This document shows positions 8,563 through 18,359 of a stretch of 64,000 nucleotides of DNA, in pieces; positions within the stretch are counted from its first letter, which is position 1, and each line of letters opens with the position of its first letter. The notes beneath the pieces are model-generated. The model was not told where the DNA came from and did not search any database. It saw only the letters and a list, made by a program, of their open reading frames with translations. Origin of the DNA: an uncultured virus (IMG/VR IMGVR_UViG_3300031555_006012) (Duplodnaviria > Heunggongvirae > Uroviricota > Caudoviricetes); IMG/VR virus record IMGVR_UViG_3300031555_006012. One strand, 5' to 3'. A program made the position numbers and the translations under genes.

Positions 8563-9258
8563 ATGGTCCTATTCACTGGCGATACACATGGCGAGACAAT
8601 CAAGGTCGTTTCTACCATCAGGCGGCATAAGCTGGGTAGCACTGATGTGGTTGTCATCCTTGGCGATGTGGGCATGAATTATTATGGCAATGACCAGGGA
8701 GATAGCTGGCGTAAGCGCAAGCTCAACAGAGAAGGCGTACCGATCCTGTGCATCCATGGTAACCACGAGCGTCGGCCTTCCACGATCGACACCTATAAGA
8801 CAATTGAATGGCACGGCGGCAAGGTGTATGTCGAGGACGAATTCCCGAATCTGCTGTTTGCAATGGATGGAGAGGTCTACGACTTGGAAGGTCAGAAGGC
8901 CATCGCTATTGGCGGAGCCTACTCTGTGGACAAGTTTTACCGCCTTGCGCGGGGCCTGCATTGGTTCCCCGATGAGCAGCCGGACGCGGCCACCAAAGCC
9001 CGTGTGGAGGCAAAGCTGGAAGAGCTGGGCTGGGAGGTTGATATTGTGATGTCGCATACCTGCCCCACACGATATGTCCCGATTGAAGCGTTCCTCCCCG
9101 GGCTGGATCAGTCGACCGTTGACCACTCTACCGAAGAGTGGCTGGACACCATTGCCGAGCGCCTGAAGTACAAGCGTTGGTACTGTGGCCATTGGCATAT
9201 TGATAAGGTCGTGGACAAGTTTGTGTTCATGATGCATTGTTTTGAAAGTCTCGACTGA
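8563..9258 (+). CDS. Calcineurin-like metallophosphoesterase
   Basis: GDTHG, LGDVG, HGNHE, SHTCP, CGHWH motifs. Confidence 0.92.
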   Translation: MVLFTGDTHGETIKVVSTIRRHKLGSTDVVVILGDVGMNYYGNDQGDSWRKRKLNREGVPILCIHGNHERRPSTIDTYKTIEWHGGKVYVEDEFPNLLFAMDGEVYDLEGQKAIAIGGAYSVDKFYRLARGLHWFPDEQPDAATKARVEAKLEELGWEVDIVMSHTCPTRYVPIEAFLPGLDQSTVDHSTEEWLDTIAERLKYKRWYCGHWHIDKVVDKFVFMMHCFESLD

Positions 9259-9272
9259 AAGGAGTCTACAGA

Positions 9273-9905
9273 ATGGATGAACAATATTACTGCTTGACCT
9301 TGGATGACTATTCGGCACCTTCGTTTACCAGTTTCGGGAAAGCCTACTACGGCACCTTAACGCAGATCAAGGCGTTCATCAGTGGCCTGGAAGCAGACGA
9401 AAAACTGCGTGAATCGCATGCAGCGCTGATTACGGCTTTCCATGAATATGAGGCCGGAAACCACGAGGCAACCCACCCCGTGGCGTACCAGACGATCCCT
9501 TTGTTGGAGCCAGTTAAGCTGTATGGAACAGTAACCCAGCGCCTTGACAATTATCAGTGGGATCACCTGAATACCTGGCAGTGGCCGTACAAAATGCGGT
9601 GTGATGCGGTGGAGAGCCAGCACTTTTGGTTTGCAGCAGAAGGCTACTATGTCCGCTGCGTGACGGCACTGTTTGAAAACCTTTGCTACCAGGGCTTCCG
9701 GGACGAATGGTCGCTGTTGGACGGAGCATTTTGGGGCTTCCCCCACATCATTGAGAAGAGCGGAACGCTGGCTTCCAACACCCTGCTCGTCGAAGAAAAA
9801 CGCTTCCCCCGCCGGAAGGACCTCTTGGCAGATAAGGAAGCGTTCGCCGCAAAGAGGGATGTGGATTTTACTCAATTCTGCAATGACATTTTTGGAGATG
9901 GCTAA
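9273..9905 (+). CDS. Hypothetical protein
   Basis: AAGGAG RBS; operon-coupled. Confidence 0.7.
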   Translation: MDEQYYCLTLDDYSAPSFTSFGKAYYGTLTQIKAFISGLEADEKLRESHAALITAFHEYEAGNHEATHPVAYQTIPLLEPVKLYGTVTQRLDNYQWDHLNTWQWPYKMRCDAVESQHFWFAAEGYYVRCVTALFENLCYQGFRDEWSLLDGAFWGFPHIIEKSGTLASNTLLVEEKRFPRRKDLLADKEAFAAKRDVDFTQFCNDIFGDG

Positions 9906-10648
9906 TGAATAGGCGAAGCAGATGGTTCACCGTTGAATCAGTGACCGATTTGAATGGCACCCCAAAAACTGAATATCCGTATGAGGGCTTGCATGGCTTC
10001 TTGGGGTATATCCCTCATATTGAAGAAGGGTGCCTGATGGAGATCCATTATCCTTCTGACCCGGTGGTCCGGCTGACTACCACCCGGGTAAAAGAATACA
10101 GCCACGATGAGAAAAACCATACCCACACTATTCGTACTAAGAATAGTATTTATGTGCTGAAGGATTACTTCAACCCCGAGGCCCGGAAAAGAGCTACCGC
10201 CCATTTCTACATGAAAGCCCGCATCGGAACTGGTCCCTGGGGTGAGAACCCGGACCCTGAAGGACATCTGCTGGCCTATGGGCGGTACCGCACCAAAATC
10301 CACGAGCAGGATCTGCCGGATTGGTATATCGGCGGCTACATGTATAAGGGCCACGGGTTCATGTCGGCAAAGGGCGTAAAGGACCTGGTGTATCTCCCTA
10401 ACTATCTGTTCGACCATCTCTACAAGGACGATTTGCTCTTTGTTTCGTACGAGGAAACCATTACTCCTGTGGAGGAAGAAGGAGGCCGGAAGTGGTATGA
10501 AGGCTACGATGAGATCCTCTCCGGCCCGGTGATTGTGTCCTTCGCCCGAGCAGTTGGAGAGTACAGCGAATACGATGTTTCGGACATTCTGGAACAGATG
10601 AAGAAGAAAGAAGAGTGGTATCTTGAACACTTCGAGGAATGGAAATGA
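9905..10648 (+). CDS. Hypothetical protein
   Basis: TAATG overlap with the upstream gene. Confidence 0.7.
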   Translation: MNRRSRWFTVESVTDLNGTPKTEYPYEGLHGFLGYIPHIEEGCLMEIHYPSDPVVRLTTTRVKEYSHDEKNHTHTIRTKNSIYVLKDYFNPEARKRATAHFYMKARIGTGPWGENPDPEGHLLAYGRYRTKIHEQDLPDWYIGGYMYKGHGFMSAKGVKDLVYLPNYLFDHLYKDDLLFVSYEETITPVEEEGGRKWYEGYDEILSGPVIVSFARAVGEYSEYDVSDILEQMKKKEEWYLEHFEEWK

Positions 10649-10649
10649 G

Positions 10650-11012
10650 GTGGATTTGGCTCCCCAAGCATTGAAGGGACTGACTACCTATGACAGCTTT
10701 GTAGATTTCATCCGAAAAAACTCTGACCGGGTATTCCGTTACTGGGTGTATAAGAAATTGTTCACCCCGTATGAACAGGAAAAGCGGTTTATGGATGAGA
10801 GCCAATATGAGGACGATTACGCGAACTTTGGCGTTGTCAGTGAGCTAATCCCGCTGCCGGAGAATGACTTCCTCCTTGGTATCGCCCAGGTGTTTGAAAA
10901 CCTGGCAGATCTGGAAGAGGATCACGCGCATATTGACTACTACAAATTGAGTGAGATTCGTTTGGCCTATTATCCTAACGAACAGGAGGACTTTGAAAAT
11001 GCCGATCAGTAA
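10650..11012 (+). CDS. Hypothetical acidic protein (start uncertain)
   Basis: Operon-coupled ORF. Confidence 0.6.
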   Translation: MDLAPQALKGLTTYDSFVDFIRKNSDRVFRYWVYKKLFTPYEQEKRFMDESQYEDDYANFGVVSELIPLPENDFLLGIAQVFENLADLEEDHAHIDYYKLSEIRLAYYPNEQEDFENADQ

Positions 11013-11238
11013 TGGAACGGAAAAAGCAGAGCCGAAAACCAACTATGAGAGGATCCGTAGCATGTCGCCGCTTCAGATGGCAGACTGGCTGTTTCGCATG
11101 AAGGCTTTGTGCGACTGCTGCGCCAAGCAGTACATCTGCGGTATCCCCGAAGATAAAGTGACGGACGAATACTGCCTCGAAAATGTCATTCTGTGGTTAG
11201 GCCAGAAGGAGGCAACAAACGATGGAACGAGCAGATAA
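10999..11238 (+). CDS. Small Cys-rich phage-type protein
   Basis: TNYERIRSMS..QMADWL...CDCC....C; AGGAGG RBS. Confidence 0.65.
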   Translation: MPISNGTEKAEPKTNYERIRSMSPLQMADWLFRMKALCDCCAKQYICGIPEDKVTDEYCLENVILWLGQKEATNDGTSR

Positions 11239-11464
11239 AATTGAGTACCCCCAACTGCGCTGGCTTGATAGTGTGTATGTGGAGGTAAAACGAAAGGACA
11301 AGCTAGTTAAGCGGTGCTTTACTGACCTGACCAATGAGGAGCAAGAGGCATATCTGAGCAGAATGGACTTTGAAGGTGTCAAGGACCTGTGCTTGCTCAT
11401 GGCCGGGGCGGTGCGTGGCATTGGAGACATCTACGGGCTGTCCTTTGTTGGATTGGAGGAATGA
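11222..11464 (+). CDS. Hypothetical protein
   Basis: AAGGAGG RBS; overlapping operon. Confidence 0.65.
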   Translation: MERADKIEYPQLRWLDSVYVEVKRKDKLVKRCFTDLTNEEQEAYLSRMDFEGVKDLCLLMAGAVRGIGDIYGLSFVGLEE

Positions 11465-11865
11465 TTATGAAGATTATCGACTGGGATCGTAAAGGAAACA
11501 TGGTGCGCTTCTATCTTGGGGATGATGACTGCACCGATTATCACGGAGACGATTGGAACGATACCCCGTATGATTGCAATGCTGGAACTGTATATCAAGA
11601 GTACATCAAAGGTCACAGAGATGTCGTGTTCCCGTTTGATTCTTTGGTGCTTGAACCTTGTGACGGTGAAATGAACTGTCGGTTCTGTAAGGACGATATG
11701 GTCGAGGGTATCGTTCCCTGCATTATTGTTGTGCCTGGTCGCCTAGCAGATACCTCTTATGATGACAGTTATCGTTATTGGGCTGGGTGCAAAGGGGTAA
11801 AAGCGTACTATTTTAATGACCCGATGGAGCCTAGTGAGGAGATCGAGATTTGTACGGTGATTTGA
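11461..11865 (+). CDS. Hypothetical phage-type protein
   Basis: GDDWNDTPYDCNAG motif; ATGA overlap. Confidence 0.65.
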   Translation: MIMKIIDWDRKGNMVRFYLGDDDCTDYHGDDWNDTPYDCNAGTVYQEYIKGHRDVVFPFDSLVLEPCDGEMNCRFCKDDMVEGIVPCIIVVPGRLADTSYDDSYRYWAGCKGVKAYYFNDPMEPSEEIEICTVI

Positions 11866-11911
11866 AGATTGGCTATATCAATGCAGAAAAGAAAAAGAAG
11901 GAGGTGCAGCA

Positions 11912-12475
11912 ATGCTGAATTGGTTTTCACCCCAAGAGTACCCGCCCGACCCGTTTGTGTCGGTGTTGGTTTACATGCCTGGTGAGGCACCGTTGCCGAC
12001 TGTCCATGAGGGCTACATGAGCGACGAGGGTGTGTGGTGGTCCAACGGCGACTTCCGTACCGAGGACGAAATCAAGGGTTGGGCAACCATGCCCCAGTAT
12101 GAGTATCCCAGCCCCAAACTCTCCCTGGTCATGGAGCGGACGGACTTCCTCAATGGAATGCGGTCTGCCCACAAGCGCGGGTTTGTAGAAGGATATTCGG
12201 CCTGCTACGAACAGAAAGAGGTGTTTCAAATGAGTGGCCGATTGGAGCTGGATAAGCTGCCGCAGTTCAAAGAGTCAGAGCTGAAGAACCGCATGGAAGA
12301 TGTGTTCCAGCTCATCGACGAGGGTAAATCCCCGGTCGTGATCCACATGGAAAGCGGCAAAGACTTCATCGTGTTTGGGTGGGACGACTATTTTGAACGG
12401 TTCGGGTGCATCTATACGGATGAGGAAATTGCTGCGATCCGGGAGGCTTGTCGTGCCTACAGGGAGGCAGAATAA
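11912..12475 (+). CDS. Hypothetical fusion protein (DUF551-like N-terminus, possible Phd/YefM-like C-terminus)
   Basis: NWFSPQEYPP...VLV...GW; SELKNRMEDVFQLIDEGKSPVVI. Confidence 0.5.
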   Translation: MLNWFSPQEYPPDPFVSVLVYMPGEAPLPTVHEGYMSDEGVWWSNGDFRTEDEIKGWATMPQYEYPSPKLSLVMERTDFLNGMRSAHKRGFVEGYSACYEQKEVFQMSGRLELDKLPQFKESELKNRMEDVFQLIDEGKSPVVIHMESGKDFIVFGWDDYFERFGCIYTDEEIAAIREACRAYREAE

Positions 12476-12867
12476 TGCCGTCCACGAGGAGGTTGACGAG
12501 AAGAGATCCTGAACATCCGAATGTTGTTCACACAGAGTGCGAAAACTGCGTCAACCATGGCGAGAAATGCACCGGGTGGGACTGTGCCACTGTGCTGGCA
12601 AAGAGGCTGGCGGAGTTTGAGGATCATGGCGTCAACCCAGACCAGATTCGTAAACTTGAAGCTGTAGCACAAAATGCGGCCTTTGTAGTGAACGGGTACG
12701 CATTCGTCTGTCAATCTGAGTGCATCCAAGTTACGAACCTCAACAACCTGTCCAAAACAGCAAGCATTACCAGGCTCGGCCAGGTTTTGGATACAAGTAT
12801 GGATGATATTGAAATCAACATTGCTCTTGCATACTGGAACAAGAATAAGCAGTTTGCGGAGGATTGA
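12475..12867 (+). CDS. Hypothetical protein
   Basis: RLT...C..C...RLAEFEDHG..PDQI phage motif; TAATG overlap. Confidence 0.6.
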   Translation: MPSTRRLTRRDPEHPNVVHTECENCVNHGEKCTGWDCATVLAKRLAEFEDHGVNPDQIRKLEAVAQNAAFVVNGYAFVCQSECIQVTNLNNLSKTASITRLGQVLDTSMDDIEINIALAYWNKNKQFAED

Positions 12868-12883
12868 TAAGGAGGGCTGGAAA

Positions 12884-13456
12884 ATGATTCTCTTTACATC
12901 TGACCTGCATTTGGGTCATGCGAACATCATCAAACACTGCGACCGCCCATTTCGGGACGCAGACGAGATGGACGAGTTCCTGATTAAGAAATGGAACGAG
13001 AAGGTGTCTAGTAGCGACACAGTACATATTCTTGGAGACTTCATTTTCCGCAGCAAGCGGCCCCCGGAAGAATATCTCTCGGTGTTGAAGGGCAAGAAGC
13101 ACCTGGTGGTCGGAAATCACGATAAGGCGTGGATGAAGAAGGTGAACCTGGAGGACTGGTTTGAGAGCGTGGAAATGATGCGTTTTATGACCGATGGCCA
13201 GCGGAAGCTCACCCTTTGTCACTACCCAATGATGTCCTGGCCGTTCTCGAACCATGGAGGCTACATGGTTTACGGACACATCCACGATGACACTCGAATG
13301 GACTATTGGCCCATGATCGAAAGAAACCCGCTGATGCTGAACGCCGGAGCGGACATCAACGGGTTTGCACCAGTTACCTTTGAGGAAATGGTGGAGAACA
13401 ATTTGGAGCATCGCGCAAGAGTGGCAATGCAGCGTGTGTGCGAAGGGGCGGTGTAG
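12884..13456 (+). CDS. Phage-type metallophosphoesterase
   Basis: TSDLHLGH, LGD, GNHD, LCHYP, GHIH motifs. Confidence 0.92.
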   Translation: MILFTSDLHLGHANIIKHCDRPFRDADEMDEFLIKKWNEKVSSSDTVHILGDFIFRSKRPPEEYLSVLKGKKHLVVGNHDKAWMKKVNLEDWFESVEMMRFMTDGQRKLTLCHYPMMSWPFSNHGGYMVYGHIHDDTRMDYWPMIERNPLMLNAGADINGFAPVTFEEMVENNLEHRARVAMQRVCEGAV

Positions 13457-13460
13457 GCGT

Positions 13461-13964
13461 ATGCTTAACTGGGACTTGATAGCCACGAAACTGAGTGAAT
13501 CCCGGCCCGGTCACACAGGAAAATTCAGAGTGTTGATTTACTCTAGAATGTCGATGGTGAGCGGTCAGGAATCGGTAGCTGCAACGCATGTAAAATGGAT
13601 GCAGATGGCAGTAAACAGGGACAGCAGATTTGCTGTGCAGAAGGTCTACCAGGATTTCGGTGTGACTGCGAGAGACAGCTCGAAAATGCTGGGTTACCAG
13701 AAAGTGTTGGCAGAGTGCCAAGCGGGCAATGCCGATCTTGTTATGGTGTTCGACCTTTCCAGGCTCGGCAAGACCTATGATGATTTCATGGCAAATGTGG
13801 AACCGATCAGCCAATGCGACCCGGAAATAGGAGTCCTCATTCTTCACGATCAGGTGTTCTGCCTGGGAAGCCAAGCCCACGAATGGGCAAAGAAAATGGC
13901 AAGGGGCGATTATTCCTCTTGCCAGTTACCATATTATGTGGGAAGATTGGATTCCAAGAAATAA
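13461..13964 (+). CDS. Stand-alone resolvase (serine recombinase catalytic) domain protein
   Basis: IYSRMS...VYQDFG...DLVMVFDLSRLGK; no DNA-binding domain. Confidence 0.7.
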   Translation: MLNWDLIATKLSESRPGHTGKFRVLIYSRMSMVSGQESVAATHVKWMQMAVNRDSRFAVQKVYQDFGVTARDSSKMLGYQKVLAECQAGNADLVMVFDLSRLGKTYDDFMANVEPISQCDPEIGVLILHDQVFCLGSQAHEWAKKMARGDYSSCQLPYYVGRLDSKK

Positions 13965-14001
13965 AAAAGTAGCGGTCCCCCCGCTAAGAAAACCGCTACT
14001 T
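13965..14001. terminator. Probable bidirectional terminator
   Basis: AAAGTAGCGGT...ACCGCTACTTT between convergent genes. Confidence 0.65.
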
Positions 14002-14068
14002 TACACCCCGAAAAGGTGAGCCAGGAGTTACCCGACCACAGTGATTGTATCAAGAATTGATATCAAAA

Positions 14069-14284
14069 TCAAGAATGACAAGCGCGGGGCAAACAAAAAG
14101 AAAAGTCACAGCTCTGTGGCGGCAGGTCCCGCTTCCAGTTCTGTGACTTTCTTCTATTATAGGCTTTGCTGTTTTCAGGCTTCCGGGTGACGGGGTTCAG
14201 CTCACCCCAGGTTTGCCGTTTGGCCTGGTCGATCTTGCGCTTTTCCTTCTTGGACAGCTTTTCGTAGGGAATGAATTTTTCCAT
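14069..14284 (-). CDS. Small basic hypothetical protein
   Basis: GGAGG RBS; MEKFIPYEKLSKK...NPVTRKP..SKAYNR. Confidence 0.7.
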   Translation of the reverse strand: MEKFIPYEKLSKKEKRKIDQAKRQTWGELNPVTRKPENSKAYNRRKSQNWKRDLPPQSCDFSFCLPRACHS

Positions 14285-14369
14285 AATTCTGCCTCCTTGT
14301 ATTTGATTCTGGGTATAGTATATCAGACTTCAGCGGTGAAGTAATCAATAATTTGTAAATCTGGAGGCC

Positions 14370-15956
14370 TTATGCGGTGACCTCCAGACCGTTCTGGAAC
14401 TTGAACACCAAACGCCCATCGTGGTAGGCGGTGGCCTTTTCAATGGTGGCCAGCCAAAGGTGATCGTCAAACTCCTCCAGGGGTTCTTCTCTTTCCATCA
14501 GCTCGAAGAGGAAACCGCCGATCAGAGTGGCTTTGTTCGTGCGCTCCAATCGCTGCTGTTCCATTTCTTGCAGCCGCTTCGATGCGCTTTCGTACCGCCG
14601 CATAAGGCTCTCGTAGCGGTCTGCGTAGTCGACCTGGTCGAGGGCAGTGTTTGCATTCTGCTCGATACACTTTCTCAAAAGGCCTGCCACAATGGTCATC
14701 TCATCCGCAAGGCTCTGCATATCCGCATCGATTTGGTCGCAGTTGGTCAGGGCCTTTTGCATTACGATGGCGTCTGCAATGAGCGCCTCCCGGTCGGCAA
14801 AAACGCTGTTGTAGGCAGTTAGGAATCGGGCCTTAACATCTGCCTCATCCAATGTGGGGGTGCTGCACTGGTGGCCATCGTCGAACTTACTGTTACAGCG
14901 CCAGATCACCTTGCGGTATTTGCTGTTGGAGTGCCACACCTTCGAACCGTAGTAGTCTCCGCAGTCGCCGCAGACAATGCGGGCCGCGAGGACACTCTGG
15001 CAACTGTAGCGCCTGCCCAGGGACTTGCGGCGCTGGAACTCTGCCTGCACCGCATCGAACTCATCTGGGGCAACAATCGCCGGGTGACTGTTCTCGACAT
15101 AGTATTGCGGGACCTCCCCCTCGTTGACTTTCTGCTTTTTGGTCAAGAAGTCGACCGTGTACCGCTTCTGGAGAAGGGCATCGCCTTTGTACTTCTCATT
15201 GGTGAGAATGCTTTCGATGGTGGTCGGCGACCACTTGGTTCTACCCGAGGGGGTGGGAATCCGCTCATCGGTGAGGATTTTTGCGATGGAGCAAGGCGTT
15301 TTTCCGGCCATGAATAGGCGGTAAATTCGCAGCACCAATTCTGCTTCTTCCGGCACAATTTCAGGCAGGTCGTTGGCACCCTTGCGGTAGCCGAGGAACC
15401 GTTTGTAAGGAAGGGATACCTTTCCGTCTGCAAAGCGTTTGCGCATGCCCCAGGTGACATTCTCAGAAATGGAGCGGCTCTCTTCCTGGGCAAGGCTGGA
15501 CATGATCGTGATGAGCAGTTCGCCCTTGGAGTCGAGGGTCCAGATGTTTTCCTTCTCGAAGTACACCTCGACACCTGCATCTTTCAGCTTTCTAACGGTG
15601 GTCAAGCTGTCGACCGTATTTCGGGCAAAGCGGCTGACCGACTTGGTTACGATCAAGTCAATCCGTCCGGCCAGGGCATCGTCAACCATCTGGTTAAAGC
15701 CGTCGCGGCGTTTGGTGCTGGTACCAGAGATACCTTCGTCCGTGTAGACCTTCACAAATTCCCAGTCGGAATGGTTCTTAATGTACTGGGTGTAGTAGTC
15801 GATCTGGGCCTCGTAGCTGGTGAACTGCTCGTCGCTGTCGGTCGACACGCGGGCGTAGCCTGCGGTGCGGCGCTTGTGCTGGATCGACGCGGGCATGTGA
15901 TTGATAGGGTTAACGGTCGAGGGAATGACCGTCACCTGCCGGACTGCTCTTGCCAT
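14370..15956 (-). CDS. Large serine recombinase/integrase
   Basis: AGYARVSTD; KSVSRFARN; zinc ribbon CGDCG...WRC...C; coiled coil. Confidence 0.95.
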   Translation of the reverse strand: MARAVRQVTVIPSTVNPINHMPASIQHKRRTAGYARVSTDSDEQFTSYEAQIDYYTQYIKNHSDWEFVKVYTDEGISGTSTKRRDGFNQMVDDALAGRIDLIVTKSVSRFARNTVDSLTTVRKLKDAGVEVYFEKENIWTLDSKGELLITIMSSLAQEESRSISENVTWGMRKRFADGKVSLPYKRFLGYRKGANDLPEIVPEEAELVLRIYRLFMAGKTPCSIAKILTDERIPTPSGRTKWSPTTIESILTNEKYKGDALLQKRYTVDFLTKKQKVNEGEVPQYYVENSHPAIVAPDEFDAVQAEFQRRKSLGRRYSCQSVLAARIVCGDCGDYYGSKVWHSNSKYRKVIWRCNSKFDDGHQCSTPTLDEADVKARFLTAYNSVFADREALIADAIVMQKALTNCDQIDADMQSLADEMTIVAGLLRKCIEQNANTALDQVDYADRYESLMRRYESASKRLQEMEQQRLERTNKATLIGGFLFELMEREEPLEEFDDHLWLATIEKATAYHDGRLVFKFQNGLEVTA

Positions 15957-15958
15957 GG

Positions 15959-16348
15959 TTAGTCACCCCTCGCTGCTTTCATAATCTGCATGAGCAGTTT
16001 GAGCTGCTTAACCTGGGAGCCGTCAGCGTACTCAATGGTTGCTCCGGCTTCCTCCAGTTTGGTGAGCAGCTTGTGGTGCGGCAGAGGGCTGCGGGAGAGC
16101 ATGGAAGGGCTGGGAATCACAACCACAGTGTACTTGCCCTCCCGAGCGCCCTGGATCAGCTTGGCGAGGCCGATGCGCTTAGACAGCCGAGCGGAGGAAG
16201 CAATGTCGCTGTGGATGCAAACCAGTTCCCAGTCGGGGTGATCATCGACATACTTCTTCATAGTTTTGATATGGTGAGCCAGGATATCCTGGTTCTCATT
16301 GGCAATCCGAATGTACACTGCCACTTTCTTTTTTGCGGAACTTTCCAT
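15959..16348 (-). CDS. Degenerate resolvase-domain protein (catalytic Ser absent)
   Basis: VAVYIRIAN instead of YxRVS; PSMLSRS instead of SRxxR. Confidence 0.65.
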   Translation of the reverse strand: MESSAKKKVAVYIRIANENQDILAHHIKTMKKYVDDHPDWELVCIHSDIASSARLSKRIGLAKLIQGAREGKYTVVVIPSPSMLSRSPLPHHKLLTKLEEAGATIEYADGSQVKQLKLLMQIMKAARGD

Positions 16349-17660
16349 CTGGGTACCTCCTTAATGGTTCTTGTTGAAGTGCGGTTTGGCGGGCTGACTC
16401 TCTCATTTCCTGGGTCCAGCTCTCAGCCCTGGAGCGGTCTGGCCAGGTAGCCTCGGCAGTGTTGCCGTCGTGGAAAATGTAGGTCAGGGCATTGTGTTCC
16501 CCAACATGGATCTCCTTGACCCTTGCAAGGAATATCTCTGGGTCGAAGGCCGGAAGCCCAAGTACTTCTGCGGTAACCTCCATGAGCGTTTCTTCGGGGA
16601 TCTGCTTTGAGGTGGGGCAAAATTCTTTCCCCCGGGTATTGAAGGTGGAGCAGATCCAAACCGGGCCGCGGCTTACGGGTTTCCGGCGGTAACGCTTCCC
16701 ACAGCACTGGCAGATCAGCTTGCTGGTGAAGGGGTATACCGTGGGCCTCCTGGAGTTGTGGGCGTATTTTTTGGCCCGCTCTTTTCTCTCCATCTGTACC
16801 TCTTGGAATTCCTCCATGGGGATGATTGCGTCGTGAGATCCTTCCGCGTGGTACATGGGAAGCTGCCCGGTGTTAATGCAGGACTTCTTGCTGATGTGGT
16901 CTTTGATATAAGTCTTTTGCAAGAGCAGGTTGCCGGTGTAGGAGTAATTGCAGATCAGCCGCCGAACGGACTGCTGGAGCCAGATGCTGCCCTTGCGGGT
17001 GCGGATCCCGGCCTGGTTCAGGCGCTTGGCGATGGTGTAAAAACCCAGCCCCTCGCGGTACCAGGCGAAGACCTGGCGAACAACTTCGGCTTCCTCTTCC
17101 AAAGGCACATACACGCTGTCCTCAATTCGGTAGCCGAGAATTGTACCGTTCCAAGGCAGGCCGGATTTGAAGTTTGCCCGGATGCGCCATTTCTGGTTTT
17201 CACTGGCGGAGCGGCTTTCCTCTTGCGCGTAGGAAGCCAGGATGGTCATCATCAGCTCACCGTCCGCGCTCATGGTGTGAATGTTCTGTTCCTCAAAGAA
17301 CACATCCACACCCAGGTTTTTCAGCTCTCGAACCGTGGACAACAAGGTCACAGTATTGCGGGCAAAACGGGAAATGCTCTTGGTGATTACCAGGTCGATT
17401 TTTCCGGCGCGGCAATCCTCAACCAGACGGAGAAAATTGTCGCGGTTGTCCTTGGTGCCAGTGAGGGCTTCGTCGGCGTAAACACCTACATACTGCCAAC
17501 CGCCGTGGCTCTGGATAAGCTGGCTGTAGTAGCTCACCTGCGCAGAAAGGGAATGCAGCATCGCGTCCTTGCCGCTGGATACTCGTGCATAAGCGGCTAC
17601 CCGGGTCAGTTTGGGAATGGCTGCTGCGGGGAATTTTACCTGGCGAATAATGCGGTTCAT
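16296..17660 (-). CDS. Large serine recombinase
   Basis: VAAYARVSSG; KSISRFARN; CQCCG...WIC...C. Confidence 0.95.
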   Translation of the reverse strand: MNRIIRQVKFPAAAIPKLTRVAAYARVSSGKDAMLHSLSAQVSYYSQLIQSHGGWQYVGVYADEALTGTKDNRDNFLRLVEDCRAGKIDLVITKSISRFARNTVTLLSTVRELKNLGVDVFFEEQNIHTMSADGELMMTILASYAQEESRSASENQKWRIRANFKSGLPWNGTILGYRIEDSVYVPLEEEAEVVRQVFAWYREGLGFYTIAKRLNQAGIRTRKGSIWLQQSVRRLICNYSYTGNLLLQKTYIKDHISKKSCINTGQLPMYHAEGSHDAIIPMEEFQEVQMERKERAKKYAHNSRRPTVYPFTSKLICQCCGKRYRRKPVSRGPVWICSTFNTRGKEFCPTSKQIPEETLMEVTAEVLGLPAFDPEIFLARVKEIHVGEHNALTYIFHDGNTAEATWPDRSRAESWTQEMRESARQTALQQEPLRRYPDGKFRKKESGSVHSDCQ

Positions 17661-17687
17661 GGTTTCACCTCCCTTTGGTTAGTCGAC

Positions 17688-17716
17688 ATATTACCTCTGA
17701 ACTCCGATAATAGCCA
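17688..17716 (-). promoter_or_regulatory. AGAG-type promoter core upstream of recombinase (TGGCTA-N17-TAATAT)
   Basis: Degenerate copy of the repeated promoter core, followed by ACTAACCAAAGGGAGG. Confidence 0.5.
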
Positions 17717-17721
17717 GTTAT

Positions 17722-17883
17722 TTATCGGAAAATAGTAGACGATGTTACACCGTATTTTTTGGTCATAATTGTATCAATTATTGCGTACTCTTCAGTGGAA
17801 ATCACATGTTTTGACAGCATTTCGTTGGCAATCGACATGGCAGCTCGATACCTCTCAATGCGGCTTCTCAGATCCTCATCCAC
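17722..17883 (-). CDS. Small SHOCT-like protein
   Basis: GTG after GGAGG; ML..HVIS.EEY..I...M..KY motif. Confidence 0.65.
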   Translation of the reverse strand: MDEDLRSRIERYRAAMSIANEMLSKHVISTEEYAIIDTIMTKKYGVTSSTIFR

Positions 17884-18277
17884 GGTTTGCACCTCCCGTC
17901 CGGGATGCCTGGTAGCATGCCGGGGAACAGAACTTTCGGCCTGCATCGCCATAGCTGTCGAACTCTTTACCGCACTGCTGACAGCGTTTGTGGTAGAAAG
18001 CCTGTCTGTTCATCTTGTCCCGGTTGTCCTTCCACCAGGCCATGCGGCACTGATCAGAGCAATACAGCTTCTGCCGCTTATGCGGGGTCTGCTCGATACG
18101 CTTGCCACAGAAGCGGCATGTTGGTTCGACCACTTCAGCCAGAACCACAGGGTTGCGGCGGCAGAAGGTTTTCACAGAATTGAGCGGCAGGCCCGTCACG
18201 GTAGCAATCCGCTTATAGCCCAGGCCCTCGCGCTGCATCTTCATGATTTGGGCGCGTTCGGTGTCAGTCATAAGCAC
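17876..18277 (-). CDS. HTH plus zinc-finger regulator
   Basis: GLGYKRIATVTGLPLNSVKTFCRR; two CxxCGK...FCSxxC units. Confidence 0.8.
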   Translation of the reverse strand: MLMTDTERAQIMKMQREGLGYKRIATVTGLPLNSVKTFCRRNPVVLAEVVEPTCRFCGKRIEQTPHKRQKLYCSDQCRMAWWKDNRDKMNRQAFYHKRCQQCGKEFDSYGDAGRKFCSPACYQASRTGGANRG

Positions 18278-18359
18278 CCTCCTTTCTGAGGGTACACATC
18301 ACCCCTCACTGTTAGGCCACGGGAAGGGGCGTTTGGGGGGGTCCAAAAAGAAAAAATAA

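Noticed and set aside
13965..14370. Prophage att site
   Set aside because: Plausible location, but no partner repeat is identifiable within the window
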